A stretch of 64,000 nt of DNA from Acidobacteriota bacterium (GCA_963664705.1 OY761556.1:4768001-4832000), one strand, 5' to 3'; shown: positions 52,101 to 60,526, counted from the first letter of the stretch. The notes: generated by a model not told the origin, from the sequence alone. Numbers and translations are program-made.

Positions 52101-52448
52101 CGCCCCGTGCGGGCTGCCTTTCATGCCGGCTTTCGCATCCGCCTTCGCGGATGCAGCGCCGCCGGACTGGTGCATGGAGTGACATCCGGCGCAGGCACCG
52201 TTTTCAACGTTTCCCCCCAACGAAGGGTGCTTCCCGCTCTTCTGATCTTCCCGGATGCCGTCATGACAGCCGAGACACCGGAATTCAGGCTTCCCTTTTG
52301 AAAGATCGTGACAATCCGCGCAATGCTCCGAACCGCCAAGCATTTCGTGCCTGGCGGCAAGAGCGCCGGCAGATGTCTGCGCCGCATACCCCGTCGCGGC
52401 GCAAAACAGTACCCACACCAAGCCGAACTTTTTCACTGACAGTCGCAT
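49197..52448 (-). CDS. Giant multiheme cytochrome c with 43 CxxCH motifs and 12 tandem ~73-aa tri-heme repeats
   Basis: Sec signal; manual count of 43 CxxCH (4 N-terminal + 12x3 + 3 C-terminal); repeat consensus FNH..T.FPL.GAH..V.CxxCH.NNVYAGL.T.CxSCH...Y.....PNH...GFPQ.CxxCH...W. Confidence 0.95.
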   Translation of the reverse strand: MRLSVKKFGLVWVLFCAATGYAAQTSAGALAARHEMLGGSEHCADCHDLSKGKPEFRCLGCHDGIREDQKSGKHPSLGGNVENGACAGCHSMHQSGGAASAKADAKAGMKGSPHGAITIPCANCHASTSYKPIRPFPDFKHSETPYPLRGMHTGVGCRQCHSKLVFSNVGRQCADCHADFHRRQMGSNCEQCHSVRGWRVTLTSAKNHTNRFPLMGAHAASDCISCHKSAAVGQFKGLSTDCASCHTGDFKAAKSPDHVAAQFPSDCLSCHAGMDSWMGNKFDHGRYAGFVLTGGHGQLECTSCHANRKFSGTSPDCISCHAKDYSATNNPNHAAAGFSGNCVSCHTPAGWAGAVFNHSASTQFPLSGAHVGVQCASCHQNNAYAGLSTSCVSCHLADYKSAAKPNHAAAGFPQQCTSCHSATSWAGAAFSHSTTAFPLSGAHANTQCTACHQNNVYAGLAMDCASCHLNNYKSTSNPNHAAAGFPQNCSQCHGTSSWQGGVSINHSTQTKFPLTGAHTGVQCATCHKNNVYAGLATDCASCHLNNYKGTTNPNHAAAGYPQNCSQCHSTSSWQGGVSINHNTQTKFPLTGAHTNVPCATCHKNNVYAGLATDCVSCHLNNYKGTMNPNHGSAGFSQQCSACHGTTTWAGATFNHAATAFPLSGGHTGVPCATCHKNNVYAGLATACVSCHLNDYNGTTSPSHTQGGFPQQCTTCHNTAAWAGATFNHATTPFPLTGAHTAVQCATCHKNNVYAGLPTACVSCHLNDYSGTANPNHSQAGFPQQCSSCHDTKSWASATFNHATTPFPLTGAHTAVQCATCHKNNVYAGLPTACASCHLSNYNGTTSPNHAQSGYPQDCSLCHSTTSFTGAAFSHTKTAFPLTGAHVSVTCTSCHKNGVYAGLATNCVSCHLNNYNGTTNPNHASAGFPQQCATCHSTTSWAGATFNHGTTPFPLSGAHTSVQCNQCHISGKYAGTPTDCYACHSSEYKTTTNPGHQSAGFPTTCATCHSTTSWAGATFNHTWWKTSHGNAKTCSDCHTNPSNYSVFTCTSCHTKAQTDSKHAGRSGYVYNSANCYQCHRSGGN

Positions 52449-52456
52449 CCGATATC

Positions 52457-53041
52457 CTATCGAGTGGTCACAAGAAGGCTCATCATCTGCCGGGCCTTTT
52501 GTGCGCTTTCTGAATTCGAGTGCTGGGCTGTCAGGCGCGTCCAGTAGTCTCTCGCGCGATTCCCGTCACCGATATTGGCGTAAATGGCGCCAAGGTTATA
52601 GAGAGCATCCTCATAGGCGGGCTGCGTCTTTAGTATTCCTTCCGTATGCCGGATCGCCCCGTGGATGTCTCCGAGCTGAAACAGCACTTTCCCAAGTTCA
52701 AGATTTGCCTCCGGATTCTCCGGCTCCATGTCGAGGATCCTGCGCAAATCCGCCGCCGCTTCCTGGGCATGTCCGCTTTCCGATTCAATTTTAGCGAGCC
52801 TGAGAAGCACCGGTAAATGCCCCGGCCTCTTCTTCAGCGCAGTTCTGAGCATCTCCTGCTCATGCGGATTCTTCTCCCTGGATCCATCTGCAAACGCAGG
52901 CGAACCCGTGCCGGAATGTCCGGACGGTTCTTCCTTCACCGACCTCTTCGCATGTGTCGCCAGGTAGAATCCCGCCGCAATTACCGCGATTCCCAAAATC
53001 ACTATCGCTACAGCTCGTCGAAGCTTCACAAGCCTCCCCAT
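52457..53041 (-). CDS. Membrane-anchored tetratricopeptide repeat protein
   Basis: N-terminal TM (AVAIVILGIAVIAAGFYL) and TPRs (PENPEANLELGKVLFQLGD, PAYEDALYNLGAIYANIGD); 8 bp upstream of the cytochrome; start 53041 or GTG 53029. Confidence 0.85.
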   Translation of the reverse strand: MGRLVKLRRAVAIVILGIAVIAAGFYLATHAKRSVKEEPSGHSGTGSPAFADGSREKNPHEQEMLRTALKKRPGHLPVLLRLAKIESESGHAQEAAADLRRILDMEPENPEANLELGKVLFQLGDIHGAIRHTEGILKTQPAYEDALYNLGAIYANIGDGNRARDYWTRLTAQHSNSESAQKARQMMSLLVTTR

Positions 53042-53409
53042 TCCGCAAAGCTGGCACTCTGCCCGCCGCATAATGCAAAAATATTTTCCCTTGGTTTCTG
53101 CGAACCGGGATTGCGGTTGCAATCCGCGTGCCATTGCTACCACATTGTGGCATTTCCGGCATCTTCCGCCTCAAACGAGGGGGCTGCCCGATGCCGCCAT
53201 GGATTTAGATAACATTTTTATTATGTGTGTTTTAGTTGATGTCCGGGCGCCGGGTTCTTGGCCATTCCAGGCTTATTGCGCATGCAGTCCTAATGTCCTC
53301 GGCGTTTGACACCGGATCGATGGCCGGCACCGGAACTAGCGGAGAATTTTCCAGGCATGGGGGAAGAACTCCCCGATTACGCCATATTGCTTACCCACGA
53401 GACCAGAAG

Positions 53410-53442
53410 TGCATTTTTTGCACTCCATGTGAAGTTTTTGCA
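53410..53442. promoter_or_regulatory. Tandem TGCA-N5-TGCA enhancer-like sites
   Basis: TGCATTTTTTGCA at 53410-53422 and TGAAGTTTTTGCA at 53430-53442, a 20-bp offset. Confidence 0.55.
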
Positions 53443-53583
53443 TTTGGTGGATTATTCGCAAAAGGCGTTGACTCCATGGTGCTCCAAGTCGTCTGATATT
53501 TTCATCCTACGTACAGTGCAATATTCCTGCATTGCCTGATGCAATTTCCCCATTTGGAATTTCAGTCGCAGATTCCTCTTCTT

Positions 53584-53600
53584 TGGCACATTTCGTGCCA
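53584..53600. promoter_or_regulatory. Palindromic sigma54 -24/-12 element
   Basis: TGGCACATTTCGTGCCA gives TGGCAC-N5-GTGC (GG-N10-GC) on both strands. Confidence 0.6.
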
Positions 53601-53683
53601 GCAGAAACGCATGGAGGAGAGTTGTGCCTTCAAATGATAGCTCTTCCCTTCATTGTCTTTACCCGTGAATCAAACAACCAAAA

Positions 53684-54097
53684 GTGAGGGTGCGGATGCA
53701 AGGCTATTCCAATGACTCACATGATTCCAAATCTCAGGAATCTCTTCTCCTGGCGGCTGATTTCTTCCTTTTTCTTTCAGATTCTACTGTTCTGATGATC
53801 CTGAGCGCCATTCGCAGAAAGGAAATGACCTATCTGGAACTGGCCGGAGAACTTGGGATCCCTCCCCTGGTTGTTTTCACCAAGCTTCGGGCGATGGAAC
53901 GGGAGGGACTTCTTGTTTCGCACTTCCGCCCCAGGGGACTTTTCTTCCGCGTGGTGGATAACGAGGTTGCGCAGGCGCTTGAGCAGATACTGGCCATCCC
54001 GAAGAAACAGCTGCAGAGAGTTTACGATCGCAAGGCGGTTGCGGCGGGAACGAACGAAAACCGGCGGGAATCGCCGTTTCGAGACACTGCAAAATGA
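53684..54097 (+). CDS. ArsR-like winged-helix transcriptional regulator
   Basis: FLFLSDSTVLMILSAIRRKEMTYLELAGELGIPPLVVFTKLRAMEREGLLVS, a degenerate ArsR HTH; start uncertain. Confidence 0.7.
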   Translation: MRVRMQGYSNDSHDSKSQESLLLAADFFLFLSDSTVLMILSAIRRKEMTYLELAGELGIPPLVVFTKLRAMEREGLLVSHFRPRGLFFRVVDNEVAQALEQILAIPKKQLQRVYDRKAVAAGTNENRRESPFRDTAK

Positions 54098-54284
54098 GGA
54101 CAGAAACATGAACATTGCGGTCGGGATTTGCACGCGGCCTGCAAAATTTGCAGCAGATCCAACGACAGCCACCACAGGCTGAACTCCTAACTCAAACAGA
54201 GCGAATGAAATACGCCTCAACGAGCCATTGGGACCTCTCTTTGCCTGTCAAAAGGGTCTTCCTGACATTGCAGGAGAAGCAAAA

Positions 54285-55001
54285 ATGAAAAGATATCGAC
54301 GAACTCCATTGTTGGGATTGATGTTGCTGTTGGCAATTTCTGTCCAGGCTCAGGGAAGGCGGGCGAGAGGCCCTGCCAGGCAGGCGGATAGGCCGGCCCC
54401 TGCCGACGCCGCCCAATGTCTTGCCTTGGTCCAGTCCACTCCAAAACAGGCGCTGAACTCGATGGAGGCCGCCGGCCTCCTGTACATGCGGGAGGAAGAA
54501 AAGCTTGCGCACGATGTCACCCTGAAGTTGCAGGCAAAATGGGGGTCGCGTACATTCGGAAATATTACGCAAGCCGAGAACCGGCATATCGAAATGATCA
54601 AGCTGCTGTTGGATCGCTATCAACTGCAGGACATCGCTGCCCGAAACCCGGCCGGCACATTCCGCAATGAGGGGATCGCGGATTTGTACCATTCCTTTGT
54701 AGCGGAAGGCGAGCAGTCCTTGAAGGCCGCATGGAAAGTGGCGGCCGCAATCGAAGAGCTCGATATCCGCGACCTTGAAAAAGCCGCTCAGTCCACCGAC
54801 AATAGTGATCTGAAATTCGTTTACGATCATCTCCGAACCGCTTCGGAAAACCATATGCGCGTGTTTGTACAGCAGTTGAGCAGGGCGGGAGACTCCTATA
54901 TTCCGCAGCACATGAATCAAGGAGAATTCTCCCAGATCATCGCACGCGCCCAATCAGTTGGTCGCGGCAGCAAAAGGTCTTGCCCCTGGAATCAGCCCTG
55001 A
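54285..55001 (+). CDS. Secreted DUF2202 (ferritin-like) protein
   Basis: RBS AGGAG, signal peptide, YMREEEKLAHDV, FGNITQAENRH, IEELDIRDL, SENHMRVF. Confidence 0.88.
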   Translation: MKRYRRTPLLGLMLLLAISVQAQGRRARGPARQADRPAPADAAQCLALVQSTPKQALNSMEAAGLLYMREEEKLAHDVTLKLQAKWGSRTFGNITQAENRHIEMIKLLLDRYQLQDIAARNPAGTFRNEGIADLYHSFVAEGEQSLKAAWKVAAAIEELDIRDLEKAAQSTDNSDLKFVYDHLRTASENHMRVFVQQLSRAGDSYIPQHMNQGEFSQIIARAQSVGRGSKRSCPWNQP

Positions 55002-55031
55002 TACGCTATAACCACTTTTTACGGAATCACA

Positions 55032-56297
55032 ATGGCGGTCTCCTTGTCGAACCAGACTCGATTCCACCCGGCTCGCTGGATAGCTATTGCCGTGGTTGTT
55101 CTATGCATTGCGCTCCTCGCCAGTGCAGTCTTTAATTTCGTTACGCTATCGCGTCTGAGCAAATCCTATCTCTCGAATCGCGGCCATGAGATTGCCGCTG
55201 CGCTCGAAGGAATGGCACGCGGTCCCGGCAGGCGAAATAACCCGATATTCTGGCAATCAGTGCTGGAATCAAATTACACGCGCTACTCTGGTTCGGTAGC
55301 GTTTCTGTCCCTGGTGGATCAAAAAGGGAGCGTGCTCGCTTACAAAGGAAGCACAGCGGAGGTTCCGAGCGTCATCCCAACCACGCTGCGCGACGTGTAT
55401 ATCTTCAACCAGCCCCTTGCGTTGCCTCGTTTTGAGCATCAGGGAAATGGCGTTGTCAGCAGCTGGAGCATCCGCATCGGGCTTTACACAACCGAGACAG
55501 TCTCTATTCAAAGGCAGGCTCTTCTGCAGCTGGCAATAACCGGGATGACGGTTTTCACCCTGGTTCTCTTGGCCGTAAGTCTGATCCGCACGCTGAATCG
55601 CTTCCTTGAAATGAAGGCGCGGGAAGGAGCCGAAGCACAGCTCAAATCCCTGGGCATTATGTCGGCTTCGCTGGCCCATGAAATCAGAAACCCTCTGGGC
55701 GCCATGAAAGGGCTGACGCAACTGGCGCAGGAAGATCTGCCGGAAGATCATGCGGCGCAGGAAAAGTTGAAAACAGTCGTAAATGAAGCCGAGCGACTCG
55801 AACGATTGGTCAACGATCTGCTGGATTTTGCCCGTTCTAAAGAACCGAAAATCAGCAGTTTTGATCTTGTTGAACTTCTGACCGATATCAAGGCAATCCT
55901 CGGACCAAAGCTCGCTTCTTCGAAGGTAGACCTCCGGCTGACAAACAAAGGCGTACCCATGTTGGTTCGCTCGGATCCGGCGGGGCTAAGGCAAATACTG
56001 CTGAATGTATTGATCAACGCCATCGATGCCACATCCGAATCCCAAACCGTTGAATTGAAGGCATGCCTCTCCGAAGACGGAAAGACGATCCTGATCCAGG
56101 TTGATGATTCGGGAAAAGGGCTTGGCAAGGAAAACCCCGAAGAACTGTTTCTTCCTTTCGTAACCAAAAAGGTACGTGGGACAGGGTTGGGACTCGCAAT
56201 CTCGAGACAAATCGCCGAGAGCCTCGGCGGAACATTGACACTGGAGAGTTTGCCGGGAACCGGAGCCCGCTGTTCCATCACGTTACCCATTGTCTAA
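55032..56297 (+). CDS. Membrane sensor histidine kinase (ZraS/AtoS-like)
   Basis: Two TMs, SLAHEIRNPLGAMKG, LNVLINAIDA, FVTKKVRGTGLGL. Confidence 0.93.
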   Translation: MAVSLSNQTRFHPARWIAIAVVVLCIALLASAVFNFVTLSRLSKSYLSNRGHEIAAALEGMARGPGRRNNPIFWQSVLESNYTRYSGSVAFLSLVDQKGSVLAYKGSTAEVPSVIPTTLRDVYIFNQPLALPRFEHQGNGVVSSWSIRIGLYTTETVSIQRQALLQLAITGMTVFTLVLLAVSLIRTLNRFLEMKAREGAEAQLKSLGIMSASLAHEIRNPLGAMKGLTQLAQEDLPEDHAAQEKLKTVVNEAERLERLVNDLLDFARSKEPKISSFDLVELLTDIKAILGPKLASSKVDLRLTNKGVPMLVRSDPAGLRQILLNVLINAIDATSESQTVELKACLSEDGKTILIQVDDSGKGLGKENPEELFLPFVTKKVRGTGLGLAISRQIAESLGGTLTLESLPGTGARCSITLPIV

Positions 56298-56310
56298 AGC
56301 AGGCGGATTC

Positions 56311-57654
56311 ATGAAACTGAAGATACTTGTTGTCGACGATGAGGCGGGCCAACGACAGTTCATCAGCGGCGCTCTGGCTAAGGAGTACGATGTCACGGCC
56401 GCATCGAACGGCGTTGAAGCCTGCCAACTGCTGTCTCACTCCAGCTTCAGCCTCGTCATCACAGATGAGCGCATGCCGGACATGGGCGGGATAGAGCTGA
56501 TTCGATGGATGCGTGAAAACGCTCCGGAAACGCCGGTTATTGTACTCACGGCCTATGGCTCCGTGGAAACAGCCGTCGAAGCAATCAAGCTGGGCGCAGA
56601 AGAATACCTCACAAAGCCACTGAAGAGTCCGGAAGAGCTTCGGCTTATAGTCGGCAAAGTTTTGCGCAGCCGGGCAATGCGCGATCGCAGCCAGCTGCAT
56701 CAGGAGGAAACGGCCGCGGCTCTCCCGGCAGATGTTGTCGCTGAAAGCGAGAGCATGAAGCATGTCTTCCGGCTGGCAACGCAGGTGGCACAGCAGCCGA
56801 CCACAGTGCTCCTGACCGGAGAATCCGGAACAGGCAAGGAAGTGGTTGCCCGATTCATACACAGCCGAAGCCCGCGTTACGATCATACGTTTGTTGCGGT
56901 CAACTGCGCCGCCATCACCGAGACCTTGCTCGAATCGGAACTGTTCGGCCACGAAAAAGGCGCTTTTACCGGGGCGACACAAAACCGGCGCGGCCGGTTT
57001 GAATTGGCAGATGGCGGCACCCTGTTTCTGGACGAAATCGCTGAAATGGGTGTGGGCCTTCAGGCCAAATTGCTGCGCGTTCTCCAGGAACAGCAGTTCG
57101 AACGTATCGGCAGCGACCGGACCATGACGGTTGACGTCCGGGTCATTGCCGCAACAAATAAAGATCTAAACCTCAGCATTGCGGATAAATCCTTTCGAGA
57201 AGACCTCTATTACCGGTTAAACGTGTTTCCAATCCATATTCCCCCGCTGCGCGAGCGGCGGGACGATATTCTGCCACTGGCCAAATCCTTTGCTCAAAAA
57301 ATCTCGAGCCGTCTTGGCAGAGCGGCAGCCCCGATCAGCGCAGAAGCGTCAGAATTGATGAAGAGCTATGACTGGCCGGGAAATGTACGGGAATTGGCAA
57401 ATGCCATTGAGCGCGCCCTGATCGTCTCACGCACCGATTCTATCGAATCCGACGACTTGCCCGTGAAACGGGAACCGGCATCAACCGCGCAATCCTCACG
57501 CCCTGGTTTACTGGCCCAGGTTGAAAGAACCTCAATCCTGGATGTACTGGCCCGGAACAAAGGAGACCGGCGCGCGACGGCGGAGGAATTGGGCATCAGT
57601 CTGCGCACACTTCAATATCGCCTGAAAGAATACGGGATTACCGGGCGCGAATAG
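56311..57654 (+). CDS. Sigma54-dependent response regulator (REC-AAA+-Fis HTH; ZraR/AtoC-like)
   Basis: LVVDDE, GESGTGKE, ESELFGHEKGAFTGA, FLDEI, FREDLYYRLNV, WPGNVREL, C-terminal HTH. Confidence 0.96.
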   Translation: MKLKILVVDDEAGQRQFISGALAKEYDVTAASNGVEACQLLSHSSFSLVITDERMPDMGGIELIRWMRENAPETPVIVLTAYGSVETAVEAIKLGAEEYLTKPLKSPEELRLIVGKVLRSRAMRDRSQLHQEETAAALPADVVAESESMKHVFRLATQVAQQPTTVLLTGESGTGKEVVARFIHSRSPRYDHTFVAVNCAAITETLLESELFGHEKGAFTGATQNRRGRFELADGGTLFLDEIAEMGVGLQAKLLRVLQEQQFERIGSDRTMTVDVRVIAATNKDLNLSIADKSFREDLYYRLNVFPIHIPPLRERRDDILPLAKSFAQKISSRLGRAAAPISAEASELMKSYDWPGNVRELANAIERALIVSRTDSIESDDLPVKREPASTAQSSRPGLLAQVERTSILDVLARNKGDRRATAEELGISLRTLQYRLKEYGITGRE

Positions 57655-57809
57655 CTGGGAGCGCCGCCATCTCAACGCAATGCCGCATCCGATTTGTCGA
57701 GGGCGAAGCCCTTCGGAAGCCGGTGGCAAGCAGCCGCACTTCACGGTTTCCCATGCGGGCACGCCTTTTTGCAAATAATATGCGGGCATTAGTGTCGCGG
57801 CACTCCCAG
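57655..57809. repeat. REP-like element with terminal inverted repeats between convergent genes
   Basis: CTGGGAGCGCCGC ... GCGGCACTCCCAG. Confidence 0.6.
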
Positions 57810-57821
57810 TAGGACTCGATT

Positions 57822-58415
57822 TTATTGAATGCCAAGCAACTCCAAATGACTTTCGAAGGCATCCAGGTGCCTAATGGATCCGGCAAGCAAGTTCGTATAT
57901 ACAGCTTTGATGTCCGTATTGTCGGTTAACGCTATCGCAGCCTCCAGGTCTTTTATATCCTTCTTTTCGATGGCAACCCCCACCTGCAAAGCGTCAAAAA
58001 GCGATAATTGCCCCTGGGCAATCAGTTCGTTATATAACGCCTGCAGATCCTGATTAACAAAAACGCCGGGTTCCTTTGCCGGATCCGCCAAGCCATACCG
58101 CTCCAGGAGATTTCCAATGGCATCAAAATGTTTCTGCTCGCTTGCCGCAATGTTGGCATAAATGCGGACACCCCATTTTGCATAAAGGACCTGGTACACT
58201 TCCAGCGCAAGTTTTTCCTCTTCTCGCATAAACAAAAGCGACGCCAGTTCTTCGTTGCTCAACGATTGAGCAGTAATCGGGACCGATGCTTTCTGTCCGT
58301 TGGCGCCAGATCCGGGCCCTCCTCCCTTCTGATTGCTGTAACCATTCTGCGCCGCTGCCGGCAGGGCAGTCATAAAAGCCAGGCAAAGCACAAGCAGTAA
58401 GCTGGATAGTTTCAT
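57822..58415 (-). CDS. Second secreted DUF2202 (ferritin-like) protein
   Basis: Signal peptide, FMREEEKLALEVY, YANIAASEQKH, IEKKDIKDL, GSIRHLDAF; RBS GGAAG. Confidence 0.88.
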   Translation of the reverse strand: MKLSSLLLVLCLAFMTALPAAAQNGYSNQKGGGPGSGANGQKASVPITAQSLSNEELASLLFMREEEKLALEVYQVLYAKWGVRIYANIAASEQKHFDAIGNLLERYGLADPAKEPGVFVNQDLQALYNELIAQGQLSLFDALQVGVAIEKKDIKDLEAAIALTDNTDIKAVYTNLLAGSIRHLDAFESHLELLGIQ

Positions 58416-58480
58416 GTTTATATCTTCCTTTCCGTGCTGGTCTGTTTGAATTCCGAATTTACATACACGCAACGGATCTC

Positions 58481-58496
58481 TGCAATTCTCTGCCCA
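58481..58496 (-). promoter_or_regulatory. Putative sigma54 promoter of the second DUF2202 gene
   Basis: Minus-strand TGGGCAGAGAATTGCA (GG-N10-GC with TTGCA), about 65 bp upstream of the ATG. Confidence 0.55.
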
Positions 58497-58641
58497 AGAA
58501 CATGGAAGGAAGTTACTCATGTTAATCCAATGGTTTGCAGCCTACTGCACCCGTAAAGAATGCGAAAAAGAGCAGAATTTGCGGCAGAGCCTGGAAATTT
58601 TTGCATCGCGGAAACTGCATCCACGGCGGCTCGAGATATGC

Positions 58642-58657
58642 TGTGACGCCAGTCACA
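58642..58657. promoter_or_regulatory. Perfect CRP-type box
   Basis: TGTGA-cgccag-TCACA in the divergent intergenic region. Confidence 0.65.
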
Positions 58658-58882
58658 TAAATCTCATTTAAAGGCATGAATAATCAACATTTAGCCAGCT
58701 ATCTCTCTATCGGGTATTGCCGCCTCTCCGTAGTTTTTACTGAGCGGACTTGCCCGAATCCATGTTTTCTACCGATTCGCTTAACCCCCTTAAGAAATAA
58801 TAATATAACCTCGGCTAATCAGTGTTGAACCGTAGTAAAGATTGATTAATGGACTTGGCTCCAAATAGAAGTTCCTGTGATT

Positions 58883-60436
58883 ATGGAAAACGCGAATTGC
58901 TCGTTGAACTGTGTGCCCGGTGGACAGGAGATTCTCGACTCGCTCCCCTTCTATGCATTCCTCGTCAATTCCCAGCATCGCATCATCGCCGGCAACGACG
59001 CGGCCAGAAGACACCTGGGACTTGACGCGGAAAAACTGACGGGCATGCATTGCCCGATGACCATTCACGGGTGCAAAGATCCGGTGACCAATTGTCCGCT
59101 GGCGGAGGCTTTGAAAAGCGGGCGCGCCGCCGAGCGCGAAGTGTTCGATGCAAAATCGGGAAAATGGCTGAATGCAGCCATTTATCCTACGCCATTGCTG
59201 GCGGATGACGGGGAACCCGTCTACCTGCACTTCATACGCGACGTTACGGAATTCAAAAAGACCTCTCTCGATCTTTCCCAGACGCTCGAACACCAGTGGG
59301 CCATGTCCAGTCTGCTGCAAAAAATGCAATCCTGCCACGAAACCAGCGAGATCATCCGGGTACTGATCGATCAGATTCTTGCCCTGTCCTGGCTGGGCGC
59401 ATCCGCCAAGGCTGCCGGTTTTCTGAAGACCGATAATGGTTTGGAAATGGTGGTTCAGAAGAACCTCGATTCGACAATGATCGCGCGATGCCATCATCTG
59501 GCCCTGGGGGAGTGCTGCTGCGGGAGGGTCGCGGAAACCGGTCGCGTTCGGGTCTGCGTCAACGCCGAGGACAATCACACGAAATGCTCAACTCTGAATA
59601 ACCACCAGCACATCATTCTGCCGATCATTCACGAAGGCATGGTGCTCGGGGTCTATGCCTTGTACGTATACAATCTCGATAAGCTGGATAATACGAGGCT
59701 TAAATTTCTGGAATCGGCGGCAGATGTCTCGGCCGTTGCCATTGCAAGAGAACAGGCGCGCGAGAAGGAACAACAGATACAGAAAATGTATGTAGCGCAG
59801 CTCGTCTCTTCTCAGGAAGACGAGCGCAAAAGCGTTGCCCAGGAACTGCAGGAGCACGTTTGTCAATCGCTCTCAGCCATATTGCTGGAGACACAGATGC
59901 GTTCGGGCCAGGATTCGACCATCAACTATATCCGGGAACACTATGAAGCCCAGATCCGCGATCTGATTGACGAGGTTCGCACCATTGCCGGGAAATTAAG
60001 GCCGACCATCCTCGACGATTACGGATTCGAGTCTGCCCTGTCGCGCCTGCTAAAGGAATTGTCCGAACACACTCCGCTGCAGATTGACTATCAATTCATC
60101 AAATCCCCAACCTGGGCGGATAAACGTCTGCCGCCGCCGGTCGAAGTCGGGCTGTATCGCGTGGCCGTGGATGCCCTGAAAAATGTGATTTCCCATGCTT
60201 CAGCATCCAAGCTTTGCGTCATTGTCCTCCTGCAGAGTTCCAAACTCATCTTTCTGATCGAGGACGATGGATGCGGTTTTGATTACGCAGCGTTTCGCAA
60301 AAAACTCAATGGCTGTCGGGGTCTGATCGCCATGGAGGAAAGGGTAGCCTCGCTGGGTGGAAAACTCCGGATCACATCCCGGCCCCGGGAGGGAACCACC
60401 GTGCGGGTTGAACTGGACGTCACCGTGCCGGCATAG
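58883..60436 (+). CDS. Cytoplasmic Cys-rich PAS-GAF-HisKA_3-HATPase sensor kinase
   Basis: PAS with HCPMTIHGCKDPVTNCPL, GAF with RCHHLALGECCCGRVA, QEDERKSVAQELQEHVCQ, LRPTILDDYG, EDDGCGFD. Confidence 0.88.
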   Translation: MENANCSLNCVPGGQEILDSLPFYAFLVNSQHRIIAGNDAARRHLGLDAEKLTGMHCPMTIHGCKDPVTNCPLAEALKSGRAAEREVFDAKSGKWLNAAIYPTPLLADDGEPVYLHFIRDVTEFKKTSLDLSQTLEHQWAMSSLLQKMQSCHETSEIIRVLIDQILALSWLGASAKAAGFLKTDNGLEMVVQKNLDSTMIARCHHLALGECCCGRVAETGRVRVCVNAEDNHTKCSTLNNHQHIILPIIHEGMVLGVYALYVYNLDKLDNTRLKFLESAADVSAVAIAREQAREKEQQIQKMYVAQLVSSQEDERKSVAQELQEHVCQSLSAILLETQMRSGQDSTINYIREHYEAQIRDLIDEVRTIAGKLRPTILDDYGFESALSRLLKELSEHTPLQIDYQFIKSPTWADKRLPPPVEVGLYRVAVDALKNVISHASASKLCVIVLLQSSKLIFLIEDDGCGFDYAAFRKKLNGCRGLIAMEERVASLGGKLRITSRPREGTTVRVELDVTVPA

Positions 60437-60526
60437 TAGATGCAACTTTGCCTTGCCGGCAAGACGCTTAATGCTGCATGCTTTTTGCAGAATTCCAAAT
60501 TCTAGATTCCAGACTAGGCCCGGGGC

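Noticed and set aside
49338-52301. Repetitive plus-strand ORFs opposite the cytochrome
   Set aside because: Antisense read-out of the cytochrome's tandem repeats; no RBS or independent features.
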